DNA of 64,000 bases from positions 57,467-121,466 of the forward strand of contig DHYU01000080.1 in NCBI GenBank assembly GCA_002415485.1, in the 5' to 3' direction. A program made the position numbers and the translations under genes. Positions 27,317-35,329 of the stretch are shown in pieces (position 1 is the first letter of the stretch; every line of letters starts with the position of its first letter). Under the pieces are notes generated by a model that ran no database searches, was not told the DNA's origin, and was given only the letters and a program-made list of their open reading frames with translations. The DNA is from Proteobacteria bacterium UBA5122. Lineage in GTDB: Bacteria; Pseudomonadota; Gammaproteobacteria; Tenderiales; Tenderiaceae.

Positions 27317-28164
27317 GCGTAACTGATTTTCCTGAGCTGCCTTGGATGTGGGCGGGGCTGGCCGCCTATATGGGGGCGACAGTCATGGCCTTTCGCGGCG
27401 TGATAACGATGGAAAATATTGGTGCCTTGTCGGCGCCGAGTCGTATAAACCAACAGGTAGTGCTTGCCTGCATAGTCATTGGGATAGTGTTGCTGACAAT
27501 ATCTCTGGGGGTGCGCTGGGACCGGCTTGGTCATGGTCCGTTTGTAAATCTATTCGAATTATTGATCAGCCAATTGTGGAGTCTGGGCCTGATCTACGCA
27601 CTGGTCTACTGGCGGGTGCCTGCGTTGCGCGCCAGCGCCGTGGTTGTGATGCCGCTCATTTGGATACTCGGTACTTGGGTTTTATTTATCGAGCCTGCGG
27701 ACAGCCGTTTTCCGCCGACCTATTCCAATAATTGGTTGTGGGCACACGTGGGCTTCGGTAAGGTCTTTTTAACCTTCTGTTTGGTCGCGGCGGGGCTGGC
27801 GGGCATTATCCTCTTGCGCTCGTTGCCGTTGGCTCGTGACTGGTTTCGTGGCATGAGCACCGAGTTGCTCGATCAGATGGCCTGGCGTTTTATGATCCTG
27901 GTGCTGGTGTTCGATAGTCTGATGTTGATCGCCGGTGCGGTGTGGGCACAGGATGCATGGGGCCGTTATTGGGCCTGGGATGCACTGGAGACCTCTTCGT
28001 TTATGACCTGGTTGTCGATCGGTGCCGCGATCCATGTCCGCATGACTTATAAGCTTGACCCGCGGATCGGCGCACTGACTATCCTCGCTATTTTTGGCCT
28101 TGCCTTTGTGACCTATTTTGGCGCGCCTTTCTACAGTCAGGCGGCACACAAAGGGGTGATTTAG
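27313..28164 (+). CDS. ccsA: cytochrome c-type biogenesis protein CcsA/ResC (haem-handling WWD protein)
   Basis: WWD motif WGRYWAWDALETSSFMTWL, flanking conserved His residues (WAHVGFG, AAIHVRM), and polytopic membrane topology. Confidence 0.88.
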   Translation: MSVTDFPELPWMWAGLAAYMGATVMAFRGVITMENIGALSAPSRINQQVVLACIVIGIVLLTISLGVRWDRLGHGPFVNLFELLISQLWSLGLIYALVYWRVPALRASAVVVMPLIWILGTWVLFIEPADSRFPPTYSNNWLWAHVGFGKVFLTFCLVAAGLAGIILLRSLPLARDWFRGMSTELLDQMAWRFMILVLVFDSLMLIAGAVWAQDAWGRYWAWDALETSSFMTWLSIGAAIHVRMTYKLDPRIGALTILAIFGLAFVTYFGAPFYSQAAHKGVI

Positions 28165-28848
28165 ATGTCGATGAGTCGTGTCGATGTCGTAGCGCTGTTT
28201 ATGTTGGTACTGCTGTTGGGAATATTGGCCGGTTACAGCAGTCGTCCACAATTTGCATTTCAAGCACCGCCAATACCTGCCCCATCGTCCGCCCGCTTTG
28301 CCGATGCGGCACAAGACCCTGCTGCACATGCCCGTCAGTACCGTGAGGCTGAACTACAGGAACGGTTTGACCAAGCCGTCGCGATGTTGCATGCAAAACA
28401 ATATGATTTTGCGATCAAGGCGCTGCATCGGGTAATTGAGCTGGCGCCAGGAATGGCCGAGGCCTATGTCAACATGGGCTATGCCCTGATCGGTCAGGAA
28501 AACTGGAAGGCGGCGCAGGATTTCTTTAATACCGCAATCGATATGCAGCCCTTCCAAGCCAATGCCTATTGGGGTTTGGCGGTGGCCTTGGAACAACAGG
28601 GCGATATCGAAGGTGCACTGGGGGCGATGCGCACCTTTATTCACTTATCTCCACCGAATGATCCGTTCCTGCGTAAGGCACGTTCCGCATTATGGGAATG
28701 GGAGAGTTCACTCCAGCGTGGACCCTTGCGTGAAGAAGAACAGGAATGGATTGACCGTCGTTCGCGTGAATGGGAAGAAAAAGATGGTCCCGAGGCAGAT
28801 GCGCCGGCAACCGACTCCATTCCGATCAATGTCGGCTCGCCGCATTAA
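28165..28848 (+). CDS. membrane-anchored TPR-repeat protein
   Basis: N-terminal transmembrane segment VVALFMLVLLLGILAGY, then TPR units (AIKALHRVIELAPGMAEAYVNMGYALIGQENWKAAQDFFNTAIDMQPFQANAYWGLAVALEQQGDIEGAL). The start abuts the ccsA stop. Confidence 0.75.
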   Translation: MSMSRVDVVALFMLVLLLGILAGYSSRPQFAFQAPPIPAPSSARFADAAQDPAAHARQYREAELQERFDQAVAMLHAKQYDFAIKALHRVIELAPGMAEAYVNMGYALIGQENWKAAQDFFNTAIDMQPFQANAYWGLAVALEQQGDIEGALGAMRTFIHLSPPNDPFLRKARSALWEWESSLQRGPLREEEQEWIDRRSREWEEKDGPEADAPATDSIPINVGSPH

Positions 28849-29270
28849 AGACAGACCAGCGTCGTATTGCTCTTGGTTTTCCAGTGACGCTGTGGTTGTT
28901 GTAAGCGACACATCGGTGCAGGCGCCATTGTCTCATTGAGATGACTGACCGCCAGCGCCAATGCATTACGCGCAATTCTGGCGGCACCAAAGTGATAATA
29001 GTTTTTGGTGCATTCGATCGGTGAGTGCAGATCGGCACGCCGCCCGATATGAAAATCGACCCAGGCCACCAAGGGCATGTTGTTGTGACGATTGATGCAT
29101 ACCCAGGAATCGTGATCGATAATGATGTCGACCTGTTCCAATTCGAGGATGGGGATGCGCAGTGTATTATTGGTTTTAAGCAGCGCACGTCGAATGGTGT
29201 TGAAGTATGTCGCATCGACATAGGTCGTAATGGAAGAATACGTGGGTAAACCGATCAACCGTCCCATCAT
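28845..29270 (-). CDS. hypothetical protein (141 aa), no family recognised
   Basis: ATG 29270 is preceded by GAAGGAG at 8-nt spacing. Protein-like composition. The 3' end overlaps the convergent TPR gene stop by 4 nt, so the C-terminus is uncertain. Confidence 0.45.
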   Translation of the reverse strand: MMGRLIGLPTYSSITTYVDATYFNTIRRALLKTNNTLRIPILELEQVDIIIDHDSWVCINRHNNMPLVAWVDFHIGRRADLHSPIECTKNYYHFGAARIARNALALAVSHLNETMAPAPMCRLQQPQRHWKTKSNTTLVCL

Positions 29271-29376
29271 GACAGCCACTCCTTCTGATTGATTCTCCTT
29301 ACCGGGCCGGTGTAAACACCGGCCTTATCCATCTCAGCGGCTGTTGCGTATCGAAACTTGAGCGAACGGCTTTAAA

Positions 29377-31773
29377 TTATCGATTCAAAAAATTGCGTAA
29401 CTTTTCCTCAGCTTGCTCTTTGAGTTGTTGTTCGGCCTCTTGTTTTTTCTGCTCGGCCTCCTGTTTTAAACGCTGTTTCTCTGCTTCGGCCCTGGCGCGG
29501 AGTTCTGCTTCCTTTTGCGCTGCCAGCTGGCGGAGGCGTTCTTTTTCGGCAGCGGCCTCGGCCTGCAGTTTGGCCTTCAGCTCGGCCTTGGTTTTATCGA
29601 GCACGTCTTTCGCACGTTGTTTGAGAATCTCATCCCATTGCAGATCGAACTTGGGCTCGGCGAAGGTGCCGCGGACATGCACCGGTATACTCAGGCCTTT
29701 GACTTCATCGATATTGACGCCGCCCTGGCCGGTAGCGCTTTTAATCAGCACGCCCGTGGCCAAATAATCGATGGTTTGCGTGACCAGATTGACCTCACCC
29801 TTGCCGCTGATACGGACAAAGGGTGATTTAACCAATAGATCCTGATTATTGACGACGCCATTGCGTATTTTTATGCTGGCCTGCATTTCCGAGAATTCGG
29901 TTTGATTGGCGAACTCATCATTTGGCACGGTTTGTTTTTCGATCTTCGCCTTGGCCTTGCGAATCAGGAACGGCAGGCTAAAGCCGCGGACGGCGCCACT
30001 GCTTAGTGCGAGTCGCGCATCACCATTGAGGCTGCTCAGTATCTGATCGGGTTCGAGTCCTTCGGCGGTGAGTTTAAAGGCAATGTCACCGATGCCGGAG
30101 ATGCGCTCCTCTCCCATAAAGTCTTTTAACAGCGGTCCGGCGTGGATGTTTTGCAGTGATTCGTTGACGCTGACGCGAGCGACATCCTGGCGAACATCTA
30201 ACTGCATGTCGCCGTTGTAACGACCTTGATAGAGCTGGGCCTTGAGGGGCGATAGCTTGATCAGACCGTCTTTGGCATGTAGCTGGGTGTCGATCTGTTG
30301 CACATGGAGTTTGGATATCGTCAGTTGTTGCAGGCTGAGACGGCCATCGATATCGAGTGCGCGCAAGGTGTCGAGCGGCAGACTGGTGGCGGCCGCTGCC
30401 CCGGCGCTGGCGGGTGTCGCAGCAACGGTCTCTGTTTGTTCAGTGGCGGGCGGCAGGTAGTCGTCGGCATTGAGTTGGTCGATGGCGAGCTGATAACGCA
30501 GACGCGGTAGCGCGGCATCGGCTGGCATGGCGACATCGATGTGGCCGGTCAGGCGCGTTTGATCCAGCGTCAGCACGATGTCTTTCAGTGAGAGCTGTTG
30601 TGGCGTGCCCGCAACGCCCAGTGATAGTTGCGCCTGGGTCAGCGCCTTGGGGTTGGCGGTGATGGGCGCATCGATGGCCAGCGCCTTAAACAGATCGCGT
30701 GGGTTAAAGGCGCTGGTTTGTAACTGGGCGCTGAGGTGTGGTTCGGTCAGGATGTCGCGCGCGCGAACATCGCCCGTGAGCGTCAGCTGCAGGGCGCTCA
30801 GGCTGAGGGCCTGGATGTGGGCAGTGGCGGCCTTGAGGTCGCTGCTGATGTCGCTGGCGCTAAGGCTGATGTCGGCCTTGCCGCCGGGCAGCGCGCTATG
30901 CTCAAGGCTGCTGCTGAGCTTGAAGTCGCGCAGTTGATATTGCTCGGCGGTCAGTGTGAGCAGGATGTTGCTGTTCAATTGCAGAGTGCCTTTGCTGGCA
31001 AACTCGGTGCTGTCGAAGTTGAGCGTGAGCCCGGTGTTGTTGAGTTGATGTGCCTGTTGTGGACCGAGGTCCGGCGTCAGCTGGGTCGTGAGTTGCAGGT
31101 GCGCGTTCAGTGCGGGCGCATTGCTGCTCATGGCCAGGCTGAGGCTGATGTCGATGGCGCGATCCAGCGCCAGCGGCCCGGTGTTCAGGTTCAGTTGGCT
31201 GATCTCGTAGTGGCTGTTGAGACCATGGTCACGGTAGGACAGTTGCGCGTTATTGACCTGCAGGCCGCCGATGAAGAAACCCGCGAGCGCGGGGGATGCG
31301 CTGGCGGGCTGTGGTTGTGTGGCGGCGGGCTGGGCGGCAGGCGTCGCTGGTGATGGATCTGTGGCTGCCGGTGTGGTCAGGTCTTGCCAGTTGTTGTGGC
31401 CATCGGCGTTGACCTCAAGTGAGACGCGCAGGCCTTCAATGATGACGGCGCGCGCCTCAATTTCGCTCCTAAATAGCGGTAACAACGCGACCTTGACGTC
31501 GACACGCTCGACATGGGCGAATTCCTTGCTCTCAAAGCCTGCGGCGTTGCCGAGGCTGACCGCGCCGATCTCGGCACCAATCCACGGAAACAGCTTGAGA
31601 TCGATATCGCCCTGGATCTCGAGATCGCGGCCGGTGGCGTCTTTGACGGCCTGGCTGATCTCGGGTTTATAGTCGTTGAGATCAATGAACAATGGGAGGG
31701 CGATAATGAGGGCAACGAGTGTGGCGAAGGTTCCGCCGACGATCCAGCCAATCCGTTTACTGAGTGTAGACAT
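29377..31773 (-). CDS. AsmA-family outer-membrane biogenesis protein with Lys/Glu/Ala-rich C-terminal tail
   Basis: N-terminal anchor IGWIVGGTFATLVALIIALPLFIDLNDYKPEI..., typical of AsmA. Long repetitive beta-rich body. C-terminal AsmA_2-like region (..SGAVRGFSLPFLIRKAK..), then a KAE coiled-coil tail. Confidence 0.85.
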   Translation of the reverse strand: MSTLSKRIGWIVGGTFATLVALIIALPLFIDLNDYKPEISQAVKDATGRDLEIQGDIDLKLFPWIGAEIGAVSLGNAAGFESKEFAHVERVDVKVALLPLFRSEIEARAVIIEGLRVSLEVNADGHNNWQDLTTPAATDPSPATPAAQPAATQPQPASASPALAGFFIGGLQVNNAQLSYRDHGLNSHYEISQLNLNTGPLALDRAIDISLSLAMSSNAPALNAHLQLTTQLTPDLGPQQAHQLNNTGLTLNFDSTEFASKGTLQLNSNILLTLTAEQYQLRDFKLSSSLEHSALPGGKADISLSASDISSDLKAATAHIQALSLSALQLTLTGDVRARDILTEPHLSAQLQTSAFNPRDLFKALAIDAPITANPKALTQAQLSLGVAGTPQQLSLKDIVLTLDQTRLTGHIDVAMPADAALPRLRYQLAIDQLNADDYLPPATEQTETVAATPASAGAAAATSLPLDTLRALDIDGRLSLQQLTISKLHVQQIDTQLHAKDGLIKLSPLKAQLYQGRYNGDMQLDVRQDVARVSVNESLQNIHAGPLLKDFMGEERISGIGDIAFKLTAEGLEPDQILSSLNGDARLALSSGAVRGFSLPFLIRKAKAKIEKQTVPNDEFANQTEFSEMQASIKIRNGVVNNQDLLVKSPFVRISGKGEVNLVTQTIDYLATGVLIKSATGQGGVNIDEVKGLSIPVHVRGTFAEPKFDLQWDEILKQRAKDVLDKTKAELKAKLQAEAAAEKERLRQLAAQKEAELRARAEAEKQRLKQEAEQKKQEAEQQLKEQAEEKLRNFLNR

Positions 31774-31904
31774 GCAGGTATCCGCTTGAGGTGAGTCTTA
31801 ATATTCTAGTCTGCCGAGGTGAGTGCCGTCATCCTGGATGCGATGGGGTTTGTATGTCTCGGGTGTGTTATTTTTGAACTTCTAGGATTGAGAGGGGATC
31901 GAAC

Positions 31905-32294
31905 ATGTCACAACAACGTCTCGATAAGGTGGGCATAAAATCGGATACGGGTGGGAGCTGTGGGGAACTGTCGGTCATGGTGTTGACCTCCGCAGAACGC
32001 CTGCAACGGAGTGCAGGGGCCTTGCTGTTATGCTGGTTGCTGGCGGGGATCACGCTGTTTATCCCAATTGCCCATTTTTTTCTGGTGCCCATGTTTTTGA
32101 TCGCGGGGCCAGTGTTGTTTTTTATGCGTTACCGGGTGACCGAGCTGAAACAAGGTGTGGCAGGCCATTGCCCGGAATGCAGTCAGATGGTGACCTTTGA
32201 ACTCGAGGCGACAGACAAACTGCCCAAGTGGACCTATTGCCCCAGCTGCAATAAGTCTGTGCATTTGGTTTATGATGCCGGTTCAGTCAAGTAG
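31905..32294 (+). CDS. hypothetical membrane protein with C-terminal zinc-ribbon (CxxC...CxxC)
   Basis: Two hydrophobic helices (ALLLCWLLAGITLFIPIAHFFLVPMFLIAGPVLFF), then CPECSQMVTFELEATDKLPKWTYCPSCNKSV. Confidence 0.5.
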   Translation: MSQQRLDKVGIKSDTGGSCGELSVMVLTSAERLQRSAGALLLCWLLAGITLFIPIAHFFLVPMFLIAGPVLFFMRYRVTELKQGVAGHCPECSQMVTFELEATDKLPKWTYCPSCNKSVHLVYDAGSVK

Positions 32295-32306
32295 AGAATT
32301 CGTATT

Positions 32307-32405
32307 ATGCGTTTGGTAATGGTGTTTTTGGTAATCGGCATGGTGGTTGTGGCCGGCGGTGCATCTATCTTGTTATTGTTGTTTATGTTGGGACTGGTGG
32401 GGTAG
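32307..32405 (+). CDS. possible 32-aa hydrophobic mini-protein (not in the ORF track)
   Basis: ATG 32307 ... TAG 32403-32405 encodes MRLVMVFLVIGMVVVAGGASILLLLFMLGLVG, a single transmembrane helix 12 nt after the previous stop. No RBS evaluated. Confidence 0.25.
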   Translation: MRLVMVFLVIGMVVVAGGASILLLLFMLGLVG

Positions 32406-32471
32406 TGCAGCACGCCGCCAGCGCCTCAATTGACCGTAGTTGTTTTGTCCCTAGGAATGGAGGATGTAACG

Positions 32472-32954
32472 ATGAGCGAGTGTTGTGTGGTGGTGGCAGA
32501 TGGTGCGCGGGCAAGACTGTTTGCGTTGCAAGAGGTAGAGCTTGGCGAGATCGGGCCTAATTTGGTTGAACTCTCCGATTTGAGCAATCCCGAATGCGAG
32601 GCTGCAGGCAAAGAGATTTGGAGCGATACGCAATCCGGTCGTAATCGTTCTCAGGCCGGGACGCATGCCTATGATGATCACCGCGATAGTCATCGTGCTG
32701 AGCTGGCACGGCGCTTTGCCTCCAAGATCGCTGAAGCGACCACCCAGCTAGTACATGCCCAACAGGCGCGCCGCCTGGTTGTGGTGGCCGAGAGTCGCAT
32801 GTTGGGTCATCTACGGCAGGCGATGCCCGTGAGCAATGGTCGCCCATTGGTCGTGGTTGAACTGGCCAAGGACCTGAGCAAACTGCCCGCGCAGGAGCTG
32901 CACTCTCATTTGACCAAAGCCGCAATCCTACCTGCGCGGGCGTTGAATTTATAA
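32472..32954 (+). CDS. host-attachment protein family (baeRF/eRF1-like fold) protein
   Basis: MSECCVVVADGARARLF... HAYDDHRD..ELARRFA..I.... RRLVVVAESRMLGHLRQ ...ELAKDLSKLPAQELHSHL matches my recollection of the Host_attach family pattern. GGAGG RBS upstream. Confidence 0.65.
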   Translation: MSECCVVVADGARARLFALQEVELGEIGPNLVELSDLSNPECEAAGKEIWSDTQSGRNRSQAGTHAYDDHRDSHRAELARRFASKIAEATTQLVHAQQARRLVVVAESRMLGHLRQAMPVSNGRPLVVVELAKDLSKLPAQELHSHLTKAAILPARALNL

Positions 32955-32976
32955 GCAGGTTGTTTGGAAGTGGAAA

Positions 32977-33004
32977 TAAAAAAGGAGCCGTAAAGGCTCC
33001 TTTT
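32977..33004. terminator. bidirectional rho-independent terminator (serves the + gene and tRNA-Gly)
   Basis: aaaaaAGGAGCCgtaaaGGCTCCTtttt. Confidence 0.7.
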
Positions 33005-33011
33005 GAGTATC

Positions 33012-33085
33012 TGGAGCGGGTGATGGGAATCGAACCCACGTATGCAGCTTGGGAAGCTGCCGTTCTACCATTGAACTACACCCGC
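33012..33085 (-). tRNA. tRNA-Gly (anticodon CCC)
   Basis: The reverse complement GCGGGTGTAGTTCAATGGTAGAACGGCAGCTTCCCAAGCTGCATACGTGGGTTCGATTCCCATCACCCGCTCCA folds as a cloverleaf. Acceptor GCGGGTG/CACCCGC, anticodon stem GCAGC/GCTGC, loop TTCCCAA, T-loop TTCGATT, encoded CCA. Confidence 0.93.
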
Positions 33086-33225
33086 ACTGATGTTGCTTGC
33101 GGAGCGTATTTTAACAGGAATCAATAATAACTGTAGTGTTCTGAAATCAATCGGTGATTCAGAGATGAAGGCGGGGTGTTTTTCTGGTGTGCAGGGGGAG
33201 GCTTGGTCTTCCATGTTTTGGGTGG

Positions 33226-34761
33226 TTACAGGTAGGAACAGGTGTCTTTGTTAGCCAGCTGTACCAACCCCCAGCCAAACTGCGGGTCTTTGCCGGGATC
33301 ACCTAGGTCTTTTGCATTTTTTTCAATTTGGCGTGGATTTTGGGTATGCCCAAGCATGGCGATAGCGGCGCTAACCCAGGGGGCGGCTATGGAGCTGCCA
33401 GACATATATAGCCCCTTGTGGTTGGCTGCATCGGCGACCCATATGTCAACGCCGGGGGCCGCCAGGTCGATGTGATCCCCTTGTGTCGCATTGCGTGCGA
33501 GCCGTAAGCGGGAATCTATCGCAGAGACTGCGATGACGGATGGATAGGCCGCCGGGTAGACTGGACTGTTGCCGCCTGTATTGCCTCCCGCTGCAACAAT
33601 GGTGCTTTTTAAGGTGGTTCTTTCCACAGCCTTTTGTAATAAGCGATTGTGTGGGCCACTTAGACTCAAATTGATGACATCCACCTTTTTCTCCAAGAGC
33701 CAATTGAGCCCCAATAACATGGCCTCAACCGAGGCTGCAGGTGTGTTTTGGTTTTTCATGATGACGGCATTGAATAGCTGGGCGTTGGGGAGTAGTGGTT
33801 GGGTGAGAGACAAAGAGGGGTCAAAGGCCAGCCATATGGATGCAATTGCGGTGGCGTGTTGATGCGGGGCTTTTTGTTGATCGTTGCGAATAAAGGTTTG
33901 TTGGTGGATTCGCTGATTTGCTAGCGCTGGATGCTCGATGTCGATAGGGCCATCCATCATTCCAATTTTTACCCGATCGCAGTTAATGTTGACTGGTGAC
34001 GACGTAAGTTGAATAAAACTGTCGTTTGGGCTGGTCTGAGGACTGCTTTGTGTACGATAGAAGTGATTTAGATCTGCATGGAGGTCGGGAAATTTTTGCT
34101 GAATTTGGTTCAATACATCATTTGCCGGGCGCTCCGGCAATTGAAATACACTTATGACCATGCCAAGGAAAGGGAGTCGCTTGCGTTTTAGCAGCCGGGC
34201 ATTGAAGGCATTTAAATGGTTCGCAATTTCACGAGCTTGTTCCATGGTGTCGCTGCTAATGACGATTTCATTAGGGATATAGGTCTCCAGGCTCTCGTCG
34301 CCAGGGAAGAGTTTAAGGTTGGCGTTATCACGAAAGCGATCAGGCAGAAGGCCGGAGCTTTGCTCAATGTACTGACTGCGTTGTTCAGATAACGATGGCT
34401 GTTTGACTGTCGGCGATGGTCCGATACTTATGTTTGGGGCATGGGGGGGCGAGGGTGGTTGTTCCGTGCCTGAAGTCGACCAAGGTCCGGCGGCGGGCTG
34501 CGTTGTCATCTCGCTTGAAGGTCTTGGCGCTGCTTGTGTTTCAGTTCTGATGTCTTGCCCGGTAGTGTCCTGTTTAACCGGGGCTGTAGTATCAACTTTG
34601 GTTGTAGGTGATGGTGCAGTTGTGGCTGTTTCGACAACGGTGGCCTGGGTTCTATCAGTAATGGCACCAGTGACCGCCGGATCACTGTTTTGGGCTACAG
34701 CAGCAGAGGGTAAACATGCAGCGATTATCACGAACCATTTAAATGTTTTGAACATGTGCAA
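33226..34761 (-). CDS. S8-family (subtilisin-like) serine peptidase with Thr/Pro/Ser-rich N-terminal region
   Basis: Signal peptide MHMFKTFKWFVIIAACLPSAAVA. Catalytic-triad regions GMMDGPID (Asp), HATAIASI (His), SGSSIAAPWVSAAIAML (Ser). Confidence 0.85.
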   Translation of the reverse strand: MHMFKTFKWFVIIAACLPSAAVAQNSDPAVTGAITDRTQATVVETATTAPSPTTKVDTTAPVKQDTTGQDIRTETQAAPRPSSEMTTQPAAGPWSTSGTEQPPSPPHAPNISIGPSPTVKQPSLSEQRSQYIEQSSGLLPDRFRDNANLKLFPGDESLETYIPNEIVISSDTMEQAREIANHLNAFNARLLKRKRLPFLGMVISVFQLPERPANDVLNQIQQKFPDLHADLNHFYRTQSSPQTSPNDSFIQLTSSPVNINCDRVKIGMMDGPIDIEHPALANQRIHQQTFIRNDQQKAPHQHATAIASIWLAFDPSLSLTQPLLPNAQLFNAVIMKNQNTPAASVEAMLLGLNWLLEKKVDVINLSLSGPHNRLLQKAVERTTLKSTIVAAGGNTGGNSPVYPAAYPSVIAVSAIDSRLRLARNATQGDHIDLAAPGVDIWVADAANHKGLYMSGSSIAAPWVSAAIAMLGHTQNPRQIEKNAKDLGDPGKDPQFGWGLVQLANKDTCSYL

Positions 34762-35329
34762 TTATTTTGGAATGGTTGCGCAGGGTGTCAGCAGTTTTGT
34801 CATTGATTTGTGCGCTGGTCACTGTATAGAGACCTGCAGCGCTTGGGCCATCTATAACTCTTAAGTCATATTGCAATAACAAATGTTGAATGTCGGATGC
34901 GGTCGCCGCGTCATGAAATTTGATTCTAAGTACAGTGCTGTATCCCACGCTGGATGCCATTTCGTAGCCACTATGTTCTGTGTTGGGTAGGACAATGAAT
35001 ACTGTTTGCGCGATCAAAATGAGTGAAGCTGCGATTGCAGCAGGGCGCCAGAAGCGTTGAATCCGGTTCTGCTTTTGTTCTGAATGGATGTCGCGTTTCA
35101 GGCGCTGCCAGGCAAGTTCACGCGGTGCCTGTGGCAGGTCTTGTGATTTTACATGTTGTCGTAAGGCCTCTAGGAAGGCCTTGTCCTGTTGTAACTCCTT
35201 CGATCCCTTAAGGTTTGCTTCTATTTCCTTGAGCTCGTGTTCCGGTAGGCTATTGTTGACCAGCCATGGTAGAGCATAGTTTTCGCTGTCTTGGTTGTCC
35301 GAAGATGAACCTTTGTCACGAGTAGTCAT
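34739..35329 (-). CDS. putative single-pass anti-sigma factor
   Basis: It lies immediately downstream of, and overlaps, the ECF sigma gene. Cytoplasmic N-terminal part, one transmembrane helix (WRPAAIAASLILIAQTVFIVL) and a roughly 90-aa periplasmic domain. No zf-HC2 motif seen. Confidence 0.55.
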   Translation of the reverse strand: MTTRDKGSSSDNQDSENYALPWLVNNSLPEHELKEIEANLKGSKELQQDKAFLEALRQHVKSQDLPQAPRELAWQRLKRDIHSEQKQNRIQRFWRPAAIAASLILIAQTVFIVLPNTEHSGYEMASSVGYSTVLRIKFHDAATASDIQHLLLQYDLRVIDGPSAAGLYTVTSAQINDKTADTLRNHSKIIAHVQNI

